DNA of 59,359 nt, taken from the IMG/VR virus record IMGVR_UViG_3300020171_000031, positions 1-59,359 of that record, one strand, 5' to 3'. Position numbers and translations under genes: made by a program. Of the stretch, positions 27,695 through 36,263 are shown piece by piece. The notes under the pieces were generated by a model. It was given only the letters and a program-made list of their open reading frames with translations. It was not told the DNA's origin and made no database searches. This DNA is from a virus (Duplodnaviria > Caudoviricetes). The first letter of the stretch is position 1. Each line of letters opens with the position of its first letter.

Positions 27695-28020
27695 GGCGAA
27701 GGGGGAGGAAGGGCCAGGTCGGGGCAGGCTGGCGAACGGCTGGGAACGGAGAGGCTGGCGGTAGGAAAGGGGACGTGCGGCTTGGGGAGGTAGGCGGACG
27801 GAAAGGCGCGGCTCGGCTCTGGTAGGCGATAGGGTGGGGGCTAGAACAGGACAGGCTGGCGGAAGGTCAGGGAAGGGCGGAACCGGGTCGGCTAGGCTGG
27901 CGGTAGGAATGGGCCGGAATGGGGAGGCTGGCGGGAGGGCAGAACCGGACTGGGTTGGCCAGGCTGGCGGTAGGTTTGGGGAGGGCGGGCCAGGAGGCGA
28001 ACGGGCGAAGACAGGCACGG
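27695..28020 (+). repeat. GG-pentamer array 1 (9 full GGCG-delimited units plus a degenerate tenth); candidate guide RNA array
   Basis: GGCG at 27695, 27731, 27757, 27793, 27825, 27858, 27899, 27930, 27966, 27996; GG every 5 nt inside units. Confidence 0.9.
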
Positions 28021-28051
28021 ATGTGGTAAACTATCGGTGAAAGGAGGAGCC

Positions 28052-28477
28052 ATGCTGCTACGGTTACTCATGTTCCTGGTGTCCTTCCTGGTCCTGGTGG
28101 TGGCCCTGGTGGTCCAGCTGGTGGGGAGCATCGTCGCCACCTTCCTGACCGCCTCGCGGCCGGCTGTCCGCATTCTCACGATGCCCCTGCGGGTGCTCAA
28201 ACATCCACCCGCGATGTCCCTGGTGGCCTTCAGTTGGTTGATGAGAAGCGCCGCCCTGGTCCTGGTTACAACCACCAGGGCCACTTCCGGCGCATGCACA
28301 CGACTGGTTAACATCCTCGTTGGACGACCTGCTGCGAGCGCCAACCATATTGACGTGAAGGGTCTAGCCCGGCATCACCTGGCGCTGCGGGAGACCGGCC
28401 TACGTGGACGACAGCTGCGCGTTCTGCTCACACGGCTGTGGGACTTGCCCAGCGTGGGCGTGACCTCCGCGGGCTAA
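28052..28477 (+). CDS. Membrane protein
   Basis: AAGGAGG RBS; long N-terminal hydrophobic helix. Confidence 0.55.
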   Translation: MLLRLLMFLVSFLVLVVALVVQLVGSIVATFLTASRPAVRILTMPLRVLKHPPAMSLVAFSWLMRSAALVLVTTTRATSGACTRLVNILVGRPAASANHIDVKGLARHHLALRETGLRGRQLRVLLTRLWDLPSVGVTSAG

Positions 28478-28837
28478 TCAGCCGCCTAAACCGGCTTACG
28501 CCCCTGACTTCCAAGGCCAGGGCGTCTGCCGTTCCGCCACAGCGTGCATTCATCACAGGCTGGATAACCAGTACCGAGCAATGCACGGGACAGAGGGCGA
28601 CCCACCAGGGCCGCCCTCTTGTGTTGCCTCTAGGGAAACGTAGCTGCGCGGAGGAGGGCTCGCCACTGGAGACCACGCCGCACCCGCCGGTGGTGCGCAT
28701 CGCCTGATCACACCGCCACCACTCGCCAGATACAGGCCAGATATAACAGCCGCCCGAAGCGCCAGCCCCACGTAGCCCTATCTACTAGCATATAAATCAA
28801 CGTTGAGTATGCGAGTGACCTAACTCTAGTTAAAGCC

Positions 28838-28866
28838 TTGACATAGAGCCTGGACTAGGGTATATT
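28838..28866 (+). promoter_or_regulatory. Near-consensus sigma70-type early promoter
   Basis: TTGACA-17-TATATT. Confidence 0.75.
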
Positions 28867-29053
28867 GTATCTGCGCAAGGCAAATCTAAGCGCCAGGTGA
28901 ATCGAATCCGAAACCGACCACAACCGAATAGGCAACGGTCTACCCTGAGGTACTGGCCGCAAGGCCAAAAGACTCACCGTAGGCCAGAAAGCCAAATGGC
29001 TTCACTCTCTCTAGGCGTGGCATAAGCAAGCCATAGCCTACAGGGGGTGAAAC

Positions 29054-29329
29054 ATGACAGAGTTTGCCGGGGTTAGAGTCCAGGGCACAAAGGGCTTAGG
29101 ACTAGCGCCGTTTTCCGGAATATTCGCCGACGAAGCAGCGGGCCCGACGAAGAGCTTGGTGCAAGCACGGTCCGAGCTCCAGTACATCGTGGCAGAGTTG
29201 CAGGGCATCCTGGACGGCGAGTTCGATGGCACAGACGCCGAGTGGGCGAAGTACGACGCTGAGGGCGGCGACGATGCCGTCTTGCAGGTGCTCGTACATC
29301 GCCTGGACGCCATCACCTGTCGTATTTAG
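29054..29329 (+). CDS. Small acidic protein
   Basis: GGGGGTG RBS; D/E-rich. Confidence 0.65.
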   Translation: MTEFAGVRVQGTKGLGLAPFSGIFADEAAGPTKSLVQARSELQYIVAELQGILDGEFDGTDAEWAKYDAEGGDDAVLQVLVHRLDAITCRI

Positions 29330-29436
29330 GTGCGGGGCTTCCGCCCCGCCTAGAGAGAGTGAAGCCAAAGGTTCCCGCTACTGGGCGGCGCCCTCTCCCT
29401 CTTCAAGAATCTGAACGGAAGAGAAGGAGATGTGGC

Positions 29437-30081
29437 ATGGCAGAGACAATCCAGGCGACCCCAGTAGTGACAACCCCCGTAGACCCCCTGGCCGACGAGG
29501 AGGCCAAGTTGCTGGCCAAGCTGGCCGCACTCCGGGCGGAGCGCGTGGTCAACACGGCCAGGGACATCTTGACGGCGGGCCTCAAGGCCAAGCTCCCGGA
29601 CGTGGTCAAGGCCGTCACGGACGAGGCCAAGTTCGACCTCCACAAGGCGGGAGTGGGCGTGTGGCTGTACTACGCCAAGGAGACGGGCAGCCCGATGATA
29701 TGCCTGCTCTCCGTCGGCGACGACGGCCTCCACCCCAAGGCCATGAAAGTCCACAAGGCGACCAACGGCAACGGGACGCCCAAGGCGGCCTCCAACGGCA
29801 ACGGCAACGGCAACGGCAACGGGAAGCCCGCCGGCGTCGAGTACGACGCCTTCCTGTACGACGGGCGGGGCCCGTTTCCCGTCGGGGCGGACTACAAGAC
29901 GGCGTACGACGCCGTCTTCGACGCCCTGGCCGTCCCGAAGGCGGAGCGCCCCAACCACAACAGGCCGGAGAGGTGGGCGGGCAAGTGGCAGGCCCGCGTC
30001 CTCATCGTGGAGCGCGGGAAGCGCCCCACAGACCAGCAGTTCGCGGAGGCCAAGGCGAAGGTGGCCTCCATCAAGTCCTAG
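29437..30081 (+). CDS. Hypothetical protein with RPxHxR domain
   Basis: AAGGAG RBS; very high GC3; NG linker. Confidence 0.8.
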   Translation: MAETIQATPVVTTPVDPLADEEAKLLAKLAALRAERVVNTARDILTAGLKAKLPDVVKAVTDEAKFDLHKAGVGVWLYYAKETGSPMICLLSVGDDGLHPKAMKVHKATNGNGTPKAASNGNGNGNGNGKPAGVEYDAFLYDGRGPFPVGADYKTAYDAVFDALAVPKAERPNHNRPERWAGKWQARVLIVERGKRPTDQQFAEAKAKVASIKS

Positions 30082-30163
30082 AACCCAGGCGGGAGGGGCG
30101 CCGCCCAGTAGCGGGAACCGACTCACTTCCTCCAGGCGCAGCAGAAGCGCAGGAGGAGGAGAC

Positions 30164-30424
30164 ATGAACCAGTGCATCCGGGGGAAGGTGGTGCCGTTCT
30201 GGAAGCAGCCCATCATCTACAAGGTGGTGGACTGGGCTGCCGACCACTACTACGGCTGGTTCCGGGATGTGGACCGTGCGGAGGCACGGGCCCGGGAAGT
30301 CCACGGCCTGGTGGTGTCCCAGACTGTTGGTGCCGGGACGCGCTTCCTGGCGAGCATCCGCCAAGCGGGTGAGTTCGCCAAGGCAGCGGCCAAGATGGAT
30401 GCCAACGGTGGGAGGTTGGAGTAG
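30164..30424 (+). CDS. Hypothetical protein
   Basis: AGGAGG RBS. Confidence 0.7.
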   Translation: MNQCIRGKVVPFWKQPIIYKVVDWAADHYYGWFRDVDRAEARAREVHGLVVSQTVGAGTRFLASIRQAGEFAKAAAKMDANGGRLE

Positions 30425-30500
30425 GTCGGGGCTTCTGCCCCGCCTGGAGGAAGTGAGGCTCGTCTCACCCGACGGCGGGATAACGCCGAGGAGGTGTGAC

Positions 30501-30707
30501 GTGACCATCGAAGAGACGATGGCCAAGATGGACGCCGCGGGCGCGGAGGCCGGGAAGGAGCTGGCCGAGACGTTCGAGCCGGCGGAGATCCGCAAGGTGG
30601 GGGCCTGGCTGGACCGCCACTGGCGGAAGGCGGGGTACAAGCGGCTCGTCGGAGAGCTGCTGGTCCAGGGCGGGTTCCAGTGGAACCCGCGGCCTCCGAA
30701 GGGCTAG
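30501..30707 (+). CDS. Hypothetical protein (68 aa)
   Basis: GAGGAGGT RBS, GTG start; W..HW..AGYKRL. Confidence 0.7.
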   Translation: MTIEETMAKMDAAGAEAGKELAETFEPAEIRKVGAWLDRHWRKAGYKRLVGELLVQGGFQWNPRPPKG

Positions 30708-30883
30708 GTACGGGGGTTCTCCCCCCGTCGGGTGAGACGAGAGTTCGCTCCCTCCGGGTGCGGCAGAAGCCGTAGCCCGATGTGCCTCCCGGGCTGGACG
30801 AGATGGTGCCAGGTACTCGGGGCGGCGCGGCGAATGGCCGGCTTCTGCCGCACCCGGAGTGAGCGAAGAAAGGAGATGTGGCA

Positions 30884-31061
30884 ATGGCGAGGTTCTGGCA
30901 GGCGCCAGAGCCGCCGGACGTGGCCGCCCAACGTGCGAAGCTGGGGCAGGCGTTGGGGCTGCACAGTACGGTATGCGGATGCTCACCCTGGGGTCACGGT
31001 ATACGCATGGCGCGACATCCGCCACGGGTTGTTCTTCGGGATGAAGACGATAGTGGAGTAG
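30884..31061 (+). pseudogene. Small gene with a probable 1-nt insertion in a G run near 30955
   Basis: RBS and GC3 favour frame MARFWQ... in the first half and ...CTVRYADAH...KTIVE* in the second. Confidence 0.45.
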
Positions 31062-31137
31062 GCGCGGTTGCGCCTCCCCCAGGAGGGCCGAGACGGCTCC
31101 GCCATCTTGGGGGAGATGCAAACGAAAGGAGATGTGC

Positions 31138-32178
31138 ATGACAGCAGGCAAACCCTGTCCCGTGGCAGGCTGCGGGTACGCGGCGCTGTCGCAGGGCGAC
31201 CTGGACGGGCACACCGCCTACGCTCACCGTGAGCGGAAGCCGACCCCCTCCGGCAACCCTGTGGCCGCGCCTCCAGCTCCGCAGCGGGCCGACAAGCCGG
31301 AGTGGCATCCGGCGCTGTACGTCCCGCAACGCGACCCGCACTTTTGGGTTGCGGACGAAACCACCCGCTTGTTCTTCGTCCTGCAAATGCGGACGGAGGC
31401 GGGCCATCAGGAGAACGTGCTTCTCCGTGGCCCCAAGGGGACGGGCAAGACGACGCTGCCGCGGATATACGCGGCGGCGTGCAAGCGCCCGTTCTTCTCC
31501 ATGGACTGCGGAGCCGTCTCGGAGCTCTCCGACTGGTGGGGTGACAAGGAGCTGGAGGGCGGGCGCACCTTCACTGTGAGAGCAGCCCTGGTGGACGCCC
31601 TGGAGACAGAGAACTGTGTCGTCCTGCTGGACGAGGCCAACAGGACGCATCCCGAGAACCTGAACGCCCTATTCGGCCTCCTGGACCACAGGCGAGCCGC
31701 GTGGGTCCCGCTGCTCCGGCGGGAGGTACGCGTGGCGCGGGGCGTGACGTTCTTCACGACGCTCAACGAGGGGACGGAGTACGCGGGCACCAACCCCGTG
31801 GACTCGGCCCTGCGGGACAGGTTCTCCTACACCATCGTGACCACCTGGCCGCCGGAGCTTGAGGAGGCGGCCATCCTGGTGGGCCGAACGGGGGTGGACC
31901 AGGATATGGCGGCGAAGTTGGTACGGTTCGCCAACACCGTCCGCCGCACCCCCGCCATCCACTACGCCCTGTCCACCAGGGCCCTCTTGGCCACGTGCCA
32001 GTGTCTCCAGGAGGGCATGGCGTTGCAGGAGGCGGCGCTGTTCACTGTCGTCAACGCGGCGCCCGAGGATGTGGACCGAAAACTCCTTCTGCAAGCGCTT
32101 CAGATGCACGTCGGGAAGATTGACGAGGCGTGGGTAGTCTCCGTGACGGGCGAAGCCGTCCAGGGGGCGACGCCATGA
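31138..32178 (+). CDS. MoxR/CbbQ-type AAA+ ATPase with N-terminal C2H2 finger
   Basis: CPVAGC...HTAYAH; GPKGTGKT; LLDEANR; ALRDRF; STR. Confidence 0.92.
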   Translation: MTAGKPCPVAGCGYAALSQGDLDGHTAYAHRERKPTPSGNPVAAPPAPQRADKPEWHPALYVPQRDPHFWVADETTRLFFVLQMRTEAGHQENVLLRGPKGTGKTTLPRIYAAACKRPFFSMDCGAVSELSDWWGDKELEGGRTFTVRAALVDALETENCVVLLDEANRTHPENLNALFGLLDHRRAAWVPLLRREVRVARGVTFFTTLNEGTEYAGTNPVDSALRDRFSYTIVTTWPPELEEAAILVGRTGVDQDMAAKLVRFANTVRRTPAIHYALSTRALLATCQCLQEGMALQEAALFTVVNAAPEDVDRKLLLQALQMHVGKIDEAWVVSVTGEAVQGATP

Positions 32179-34487
32179 CGCAGCGAAACCTCTCGGACTT
32201 CTGGCGCTTTGACAAGTCGGACGACCTGGTGATGGAGATGGTGAGCGTTCTCCAGGGGGCCGACAACCTCATCGGGCTGATGTCGGGCGACATGCAGCGG
32301 GAGAAGCTCATGGAGAAGCGGATGCGCGTCCGCTGGTGCCCAGGGGATGTGAGCGCGGTCTCTCCGGAGCGGGAGGTCGTGTTCCTCAACTACCGCCACC
32401 TGCGGGGCGTGCCGACGCCCTTCCCGGGCGAGGCGGTGGACAAGGTGATAGGCGACGCGGCCCATGAGGGGGGCCACGTCCTGTGGACGGGCAACACGCC
32501 CGACTGGGCGGCGGAGTTGCACCGCCGCTACATGATGCGGGGGAAGAACGGAGGCCGTGGAAAGTTCGCCATCTGGTACGGGCGCAACCGTCAGGGGATG
32601 GTGGCGTGGTTCAAGGACTGCGCCAACATCCTGGAGGACGCCTACGTGGACAAGAAGGTGAGCAACCGATGGCCCGTCCTGGGCGCCTATATCCAGCAGG
32701 CGAAGGCGAATAACCCCGCGGACCTTCGGGTAGATTGGGATGCCATCGCGGCGAAACCGAAGCCGTCCATGCTGGAGATGCGGAATCTCTGGTGTCACCT
32801 GGCGCTGTACGGCGGCGATGTCCCGGCGCAACTCTCCAGGAGTGTGCGGGATGGGCTCGACTTCCTGCTCGACTCCACGCTGCGCGTTCTCAAGCTGGAA
32901 AGTGTCGGGCTTCGCCTGGACGTGGCGTTCGAGTGCCTAGTGTACATGGTCAAGGCGTACACGGAGGACGAGCGGGCGCTTCCGAAGAAGCCGCCCGCGC
33001 CCCAGGCTCCAGCAGCTGAGTTGGCCGAAGGCGAGGGGGAGGGAGGGCAAGGCGACCCCACTCCTGGTGAGACGGGCCTGCCCGACCTGGAGAAGAAGCC
33101 CAAGGCCACCCCAAAGGGTGAGAAGGAGGACGAGGGTGAAAAGCAAGACGGCGAGGACGCCGATGGAGATTCGGACGCTGACGCAGCGGACGGTGCAGGC
33201 GATAAGGAGGCTGGACAGGCTCCTGCCACCGATGCCGAGCCCGACGAAGAGGACGAGAACGCCGACCCGGAAGCCGGCCAGGATGGCGAGGGCAAAGGCG
33301 GAGACGCAGACGGCGCTGGCGAAAATGGAGAGGATAGTGCGGAGGCTGGCAGCGGCTCCGCCGACGCCGACGGAGAGGGCAAGGCTGGAAAGAAAGACAC
33401 GGGCGGCGAAGCGGGAGAAGGCGGCGGCAAGGGCGGCGAGGAGGGTGACGGGGAAGATGGGGGTGAGGAAGCCGACGTCACGCCGTCCTTAAAGCTGGCG
33501 CCCAAGCAGCCCGACGAGGACAAGGACGAGTACACTCCGGGCGGCACCAACGCGGCCAGCGATACGCTGGAGCACCAGCGGGATATGCAGTCCCAGGTCA
33601 TCACGGTGGACGACCCGCACCTCCTGGAACTGGTGGAGAAGGCGATGGCCGAGCAGCTGGAACTGCTCACCAAGGAGGTCGCCGACATCCTGGCGCAGAA
33701 GCCGGAGGAGGTGGCTACCAGAGCGCGCCGCGCCTCCTATGACGCCCAGGCTCTGGCGGAGATTCGCCTGCGCATCGGACAGCAGGCGGCGAATCTCCGC
33801 AGGGTGTTCGAGCAGGAGATGCGGGCTAACTCGCGCTTCCTGCGCGGGCAGCTCAGAGGGCGGCTGGACACCCGCCGCCTGGCCAGGGTGGGAGCGGGCG
33901 ACTACAACGTGCGGATGCGGCGTGAGGTTATCGGGAAGCCCGACCTGGCCCTGGGCCTCCTGATGGATGTGAGTGGGTCCATGATGGGCTACATGCCCGT
34001 AGTGTGGGAGACGGCGGGCCTGTTCGCGGAGGCGCTGGTGGGGCGGCCTGGGATTAACTTCCTGGGTTGCACCTACACCACCGAGTATTCCAATGGGCAA
34101 AACGGGACTTGCCTGACGCGCATCGCCGACAGGGGTCTGGGGCGGCTGTGCGTCGGGGATGTGGTGCAGGGTGGTGGCACTCCCTCCGGGCAGGCTATCG
34201 CCGCCATGCGGGTGCTGGTGGGGCGGATGCCCGAGCGGGAGAAGGTGATAATCCACTTCACGGATGGCCAGCCCGACCGGGAGGAGCCAGTCCGGCGGGC
34301 GGTGGAGGCGTGTCGCCAGGCGGGCATTGGGGTGGTGTGCATCACGGTGCTGGATGGGGGCTGGCGCGGCGCCACCTGGCAGCAGCAGCACCTGGACTTG
34401 CAGTACGGGCGCGGAAACTGGGGACTAATCGGCAAGGTGGAGGACCTGCCCAAGGCGGTGGCGGCCCTCCTCAAGAGTCTAGCGTAG
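32175..34487 (+). CDS. CobT-like vWA protein (HExxH N-domain, acidic linker, MIDAS)
   Basis: HEGGH, NILED, DVSGSM, GGTP, TDG. Confidence 0.9.
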   Translation: MTQRNLSDFWRFDKSDDLVMEMVSVLQGADNLIGLMSGDMQREKLMEKRMRVRWCPGDVSAVSPEREVVFLNYRHLRGVPTPFPGEAVDKVIGDAAHEGGHVLWTGNTPDWAAELHRRYMMRGKNGGRGKFAIWYGRNRQGMVAWFKDCANILEDAYVDKKVSNRWPVLGAYIQQAKANNPADLRVDWDAIAAKPKPSMLEMRNLWCHLALYGGDVPAQLSRSVRDGLDFLLDSTLRVLKLESVGLRLDVAFECLVYMVKAYTEDERALPKKPPAPQAPAAELAEGEGEGGQGDPTPGETGLPDLEKKPKATPKGEKEDEGEKQDGEDADGDSDADAADGAGDKEAGQAPATDAEPDEEDENADPEAGQDGEGKGGDADGAGENGEDSAEAGSGSADADGEGKAGKKDTGGEAGEGGGKGGEEGDGEDGGEEADVTPSLKLAPKQPDEDKDEYTPGGTNAASDTLEHQRDMQSQVITVDDPHLLELVEKAMAEQLELLTKEVADILAQKPEEVATRARRASYDAQALAEIRLRIGQQAANLRRVFEQEMRANSRFLRGQLRGRLDTRRLARVGAGDYNVRMRREVIGKPDLALGLLMDVSGSMMGYMPVVWETAGLFAEALVGRPGINFLGCTYTTEYSNGQNGTCLTRIADRGLGRLCVGDVVQGGGTPSGQAIAAMRVLVGRMPEREKVIIHFTDGQPDREEPVRRAVEACRQAGIGVVCITVLDGGWRGATWQQQHLDLQYGRGNWGLIGKVEDLPKAVAALLKSLA

Positions 34488-34497
34488 GAGGTGTGCG

Positions 34498-34665
34498 ATG
34501 GAACAGCAAGCGGAGGACCGTGAAAAGGAGGAGGCTTTCGAGAGGGCTTTACGGCTCCTGCTTGAGGACCCGCAGTCACTCGGGATGACACTGGGGGAGT
34601 GGACAGCGGAGATGGCGAAGGACGAGACGCCGAAGGAAGGCAGGAGACAGCGAAAGGAGGTGTGA
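34498..34665 (+). CDS. Small charged protein (55 aa)
   Basis: AGGAGGT RBS; manual translation. Confidence 0.55.
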   Translation: MEQQAEDREKEEAFERALRLLLEDPQSLGMTLGEWTAEMAKDETPKEGRRQRKEV

Positions 34666-34666
34666 G

Positions 34667-34939
34667 ATGGTACGGCAGGAAACGGTAGAGAGGGAAGCGG
34701 AGCAGCGGGGCCTGATGGCTCCCGCCGAGGCGGTCGAGACGCTCTCGACGTGGCGGCAGTCCGTGGGGCGGTGGGACCTGCCCAAGGCGGTGGAGGAGGC
34801 GGTGGAAGTGCTGACCGCCTTCAACGTCCACCAGTGCGGCGAGACGTGCCCGTGCTGGCGGGAGGGCTTCGAGGCGGGCAAAGAGCACGCGCGGGACACG
34901 GTGGGCGACTGGTACGAGCCAAGGCCGTTCGGAAGATAG
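34667..34939 (+). CDS. Hypothetical protein
   Basis: AAGGAGGT RBS. Confidence 0.6.
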   Translation: MVRQETVEREAEQRGLMAPAEAVETLSTWRQSVGRWDLPKAVEEAVEVLTAFNVHQCGETCPCWREGFEAGKEHARDTVGDWYEPRPFGR

Positions 34940-34963
34940 AACCGACGAAAGAAGGAGAGTGAC

Positions 34964-35761
34964 ATGAGCAGACCATTGTGGAAAGGCACGGTCAGTTTTG
35001 GCCTTGTCAACATCCCCGTGGCGCTCTATGGAGCGACGGACGAGCTGAAGGTCAGCTTCCGCACGCTCCACAAGGGGTGCGCTGCGCCCATCGCGCAGCA
35101 GCACACCTGCACCGCCTGTAAGCAGGTGGTGGAGAGGGCGGATGAGGTCAAGGGGTATGAGGTCGAGGAAGGCCGCTTCGTCGTCATGGAAGAGGCGGAC
35201 TTCGCGGGCCTCCCCGTAGCGTCCCAGACGAGCATCAAGGTGGTGGGCTTCGTGGACTCATTCCAGGTGGACCCGCGCCAGCTCGATGAGCCGTACTTCA
35301 TGGGCATCGGGCAGACCAAGCGGGGGAAGGTGAACGTCGTGGACCAGGGAGCGGCCAAGGGGTTTGCCCTCCTGCACGCCGCGATGCAGAAGCTGGACAA
35401 GCTGGCGGTGGCCAAGGTGACGATGCGCCAGCGGGAGAAGCTGGTGGTGTTCCGTCCCTATGGCGACGTGATGCTTCTCCAGACGTTGCGATGGCCCGAC
35501 GAGCTTCGGTCGGCGGAGGCGCCTGCTCTGCCGGAGGTCTCGGACAAGGAGTTGGCGCTGGCCGAGTCGCTGGTGAACGCCATCGGCGGGTGTGACCTGA
35601 CTAAGTTCAGCGACGAGTACCGGGAGGCGCTGGAGAAGGTCATCCAGGCAAAGGCGGCGGGCCAGCCCGTCGTGAGCGCGGTGCCGACGGAGGCCGAGGC
35701 CACGGTGGACGTGATGGGCGGCCTGGAGGCCAGCCTGGCGGCGCTGCGAGGAGCGGTATGA
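34964..35761 (+). CDS. ku: Ku DNA end-binding protein (NHEJ)
   Basis: RPLWKGTVSFGLVNIPVALY, VKGYE, LRWPDELR, DEYREAL, LEASL. Confidence 0.95.
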   Translation: MSRPLWKGTVSFGLVNIPVALYGATDELKVSFRTLHKGCAAPIAQQHTCTACKQVVERADEVKGYEVEEGRFVVMEEADFAGLPVASQTSIKVVGFVDSFQVDPRQLDEPYFMGIGQTKRGKVNVVDQGAAKGFALLHAAMQKLDKLAVAKVTMRQREKLVVFRPYGDVMLLQTLRWPDELRSAEAPALPEVSDKELALAESLVNAIGGCDLTKFSDEYREALEKVIQAKAAGQPVVSAVPTEAEATVDVMGGLEASLAALRGAV

Positions 35762-36048
35762 AAACAATCTGGAAGTACGCATTGTTGGTCGCGGACCGCC
35801 AAGAGCTTCAGATGCCCACTGGCGCTAACTTCCTGGCTGTCCAGGTTCAACGGGAGGAGATATGCCTGTGGGCCCTCGTTGACACTGACAACCCATTGGT
35901 AGGGCGCCGCATTCACACTTATGGGACAGGGCAGGGGCTGGGTGAGCTTGGCACCTACATCGGCACCTATCAGCTACGGGGTGGGGGGCTGGTGTTCCAT
36001 GTCTTTGAGGAACGACGCAGCGGTCTTGGCGGAGATCCGGCTGCATGA
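35758..36048 (+). CDS. Conserved phage protein (MKTIWKY...VFHVFE)
   Basis: Motif recognised from phage proteins; ATGA overlap. Confidence 0.7.
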   Translation: MKTIWKYALLVADRQELQMPTGANFLAVQVQREEICLWALVDTDNPLVGRRIHTYGTGQGLGELGTYIGTYQLRGGGLVFHVFEERRSGLGGDPAA

Positions 36049-36263
36049 GCGAGGAGCGGCGCATCGGGATGAGAAAGGTGGGCCCGTGGGTCTATTGTGG
36101 CCACGGGCCGGAGGGTCTCTTGTGGGCGGCGCCCTCGGACATCGGGAACCTCGTCATCCTCCGATGGGTAAAACTGGGCTGGTGGCCGCTCATCCGGGTT
36201 CACGAGACTTGGGTGGAGCGGGACAGGCTCCTGAATGCCATTGAGAAGGGGGTGCTCAAGTGA
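36045..36263 (+). CDS. Hypothetical protein
   Basis: ATGA/GTGA coupling. Confidence 0.55.
   Translation: MSEERRIGMRKVGPWVYCGHGPEGLLWAAPSDIGNLVILRWVKLGWWPLIRVHETWVERDRLLNAIEKGVLK

Larger units (their letters stand above)
28997..30867. repeat. Chain of five inverted-repeat pairs, four enclosing one gene each and one enclosing a short insert
   Basis: 28997-29017/29347-29367; 29370-29393/30096-30119; 30122-30138/30441-30457; 30459-30475/30725-30741; 30744-30772/30839-30867. Confidence 0.92.

Noticed and set aside
27695-28020. Canonical CRISPR array (also 42341-42610)
   Set aside because: No 23-47 bp conserved repeat; only a 4-9 nt junction, and the periodic GG scaffold runs through the would-be spacers
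27401-28040. Pro-rich and Gly/Arg-rich ORFs over array 1 (and 42168-42748 over array 2)
   Set aside because: Low-complexity by-products of a 5-nt periodic G-rich sequence; no RBS or codon signal
28783-28816. dif site
   Set aside because: Palindromic and AT-rich, but arm spacing does not fit the 11-6-11 dif layout
28945-28975. Hammerhead ribozyme
   Set aside because: CTGA and a GNRA stem are present but the CUGANGA/GAAA core is not
29760-29822. aacggc repeats (also 12-bp repeat near 44540, 21-bp repeats at 2128 and 25620)
   Set aside because: In-frame coding repeats for linkers or heptads
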